From a virus (Duplodnaviria > Caudoviricetes), in IMG/VR virus record IMGVR_UViG_3300020042_010737, positions 1-26,181 of that record: 26,181 nt of DNA. The stretch is one strand, 5' to 3'. Made by a program: the position numbers and the translations under genes. Shown in pieces: positions 24,569 through 26,181 of the stretch (position 1 is its first letter; each line of letters opens with the position of its first letter). Under the pieces are notes generated by a model. The model saw only the letters and a list, made by a program, of their open reading frames with translations, did no database searches and was not told the origin of the DNA.

Positions 24569-24752
24569 TACCCTCATATGCACAGCCTCAAAAACCAAGC
24601 CCACGCTGACCCCTAGACCGTGCATGTGCTGCCGGAAGACCTTTGATTCCGAAGGATCGCACAACCGCCTGTGCGGCCCCTGCAAAAGCAGCCGAAGCAT
24701 CAACCCCTTTGAGGTCATCACCGGCACCTCACGCCAAATAAGCGCCCGGTAA
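24561..24752 (+). CDS. Small zinc-finger protein
   Basis: RPCMCCRKTFDSEGSHNRLCGPCK. Confidence 0.7.
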   Translation: MSDTLICTASKTKPTLTPRPCMCCRKTFDSEGSHNRLCGPCKSSRSINPFEVITGTSRQISAR

Positions 24753-24754
24753 CA

Positions 24755-25018
24755 ATGCCACAGAAACGAGACGATCTATACACTAGGGCCTTTGCGATGA
24801 TGCTTAAAATTGAGCGTCGCCGCAGAAGCTGGTCCACAGCGGATTTGGCCAAGCGGTGCGAAGTCACCCGCGCTGGCGTATGCGCATGGGAGCGCGGTCA
24901 CTGCGCGCCGACCTTCGGCAACATCCTAAAGATCGCAGGGGTCTTTCAAGTCAAGCTGTCAGACATGATGCGCGCCGTTGAAAACGTGGCATCCGTTTTG
25001 GAAAGAAACCATGATTAA
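24755..25018 (+). CDS. XRE-family HTH protein
   Basis: RRRRSWSTADLAKRCEVTRAGVCAWERGHCAPT. Confidence 0.85.
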   Translation: MPQKRDDLYTRAFAMMLKIERRRRSWSTADLAKRCEVTRAGVCAWERGHCAPTFGNILKIAGVFQVKLSDMMRAVENVASVLERNHD

Positions 25019-25220
25019 GCAATTAAACCCGCCGATCCCAGTGGTCACACCCAAGGGTAACGCCTGGGCGCACCTGATTATTGATTACGGACCGGAAGCA
25101 GATTTGGTCTGGGTCTGCTTTCAGGACGACAATGGCCAGTGCTGGTCCTGGTGCAACAGTGACATCCGGGCGCAGCAGAACCTTACATTGCGCAGGACGC
25201 TATTAAAGGATCAGGCGTGA
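25011..25220 (+). CDS. Conserved hypothetical phage protein
   Basis: MIKQLNPPIPVVTPKG...IDYGPEADLVWVCF; ATG 25011 overlaps the upstream gene end. Confidence 0.75.
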   Translation: MIKQLNPPIPVVTPKGNAWAHLIIDYGPEADLVWVCFQDDNGQCWSWCNSDIRAQQNLTLRRTLLKDQA

Positions 25221-25738
25221 TCCTTACCAAAGGCGGTCATTTCTTCAATGCGCCGGGTCCAGCCTTTACCGAAGGTGGCAAACGTATCTAGGCTTTCCAG
25301 GTAATGCTGCCGGTAAGCCTGATACGCATCCACAGCCTTCTGGGGGCCTAATATATCCACCCAGGCCTTTACCTGCTTTAGGCTATTGGGGCCTATGGCG
25401 CCGTCCGTAACGGCCCCACAGAGGCTCTGGAGGGCTTTGGCAGCCCTACCTGGGCCGCTGTTCACGGCGAAGTCAAAAACGCATGCAGCAAGCCCAGGCG
25501 AAATCTCAGCAAGCTCATCGCCGCGCACCTTGTCCCAGTAGCCCTTGCGGTAGATGGCCTCCAGGTGATTGTCAGGAATGCACCGCAGCTCATCCTTCAT
25601 GGCAGGGCGGCCAAGGTGGTCCGAATAGGTCTTCATGGTGACACCCTTCATCGTGGCGCCGCCAGGGTCTTTGGGGTGATCCGACCAGCCACCTTCGTGG
25701 TGCAGGGTGTTGGCGAGGACTTTTGCGAAGAGAGACAT
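25211..25738 (-). CDS. Endolysin, glycoside hydrolase family 108 with peptidoglycan-binding domain
   Basis: HEGGWSDHPKDPGGATMKGVT, FDFAVNSG, DGAIGP, FGKGWTRR. Confidence 0.95.
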   Translation of the reverse strand: MSLFAKVLANTLHHEGGWSDHPKDPGGATMKGVTMKTYSDHLGRPAMKDELRCIPDNHLEAIYRKGYWDKVRGDELAEISPGLAACVFDFAVNSGPGRAAKALQSLCGAVTDGAIGPNSLKQVKAWVDILGPQKAVDAYQAYRQHYLESLDTFATFGKGWTRRIEEMTAFGKDHA

Positions 25739-25741
25739 AGA

Positions 25742-26008
25742 TCAACCCTTGATGATGTTCACAATGCGAGAATTGCCTTCTAACGCGATAAATTCATGCG
25801 GGTCATTTGGCTGCCAATCGGCAACATCACCAGCCTTCAGAACCCGCTCCCACCCGTTGCCATGCACCCTGAAGCTGCCACGCGCCACCACAGTGATATG
25901 CACATCGGCTTCGCCATGCGAGTGCATGGGCAACGCATCACCGACATCAGGGAAATCATAAATAGACCCTGATAGCTTACCCAGCGTGATGGCCTTGATC
26001 TGCAACAT
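25742..26008 (-). CDS. Cupin-fold protein
   Basis: PMHSH...HITVVARGS...AGD...PHEF. Confidence 0.85.
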   Translation of the reverse strand: MLQIKAITLGKLSGSIYDFPDVGDALPMHSHGEADVHITVVARGSFRVHGNGWERVLKAGDVADWQPNDPHEFIALEGNSRIVNIIKG

Positions 26009-26181
26009 TAGATTACGGTGGGGCCAGCGCCAGTGCCGCCAGATTGGGCAGCTTGTTGCTTTGCCATTTCTTCAGCTTGGGCGGCAGCTTTTGCTACATT
26101 CCAGGCGTCAATAGCCCACTGATGAGCTTTGAATGAAGAAATGTTTTCATTACGAACCATTTTACCACGATTGTCCGCCCA
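26008..26181 (-). CDS. C-terminus of a probable tail-fibre-associated protein (partial)
   Basis: Hand translation ...WADNRGKMVRNENISSFKAHQWAIDAWNVAKAAAQAEEMAKQQAAQSGGTGAGPTVI*; TAATG-coupled to the cupin gene. Confidence 0.55.
   Translation of the reverse strand, partial: WADNRGKMVRNENISSFKAHQWAIDAWNVAKAAAQAEEMAKQQAAQSGGTGAGPTVI

Overview
A ~26 kb piece of a tailed dsDNA phage genome, with a podovirus-like P22-type portal. The host is probably an alphaproteobacterium, because the phage carries a GapR/DUF2312 gene. Most genes are on the minus strand. From right to left they are: Cro-like HTH, PD-(D/E)XK exonuclease, DUF2815 SSB, RecD/Dda-like helicase, RepB-primase/AAA_25 helicase fusion, a candidate iteron origin, GapR, RuvC, small promoter-bearing cassettes, TerS, TerL, portal, a 1791-aa polyvalent protein and two tail fibres. 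A short plus-strand early operon (22.6-25.2 kb) converges on a GH108 endolysin, a cupin and a tail-assembly-like gene. Three things stand out. (1) The 1791-aa protein is a string of enzyme-like modules (two ART-PolyVal-like, one unknown, one SAM-lyase-like, one HhH-glycosylase-like) punctuated by [FY]AxGG motifs, and one module is bracketed by an exact in-frame 51-bp direct repeat. (2) No major capsid, scaffold or tail-tube gene is recognisable, and there is an apparent deletion scar at ~765 between the two fibre genes. (3) There are two families of repeated promoter-operator-hairpin cassettes. No integrase, CI-type repressor, DNA polymerase, tRNA or CRISPR array was seen. All family assignments come from motif recognition by eye, not from database searches.
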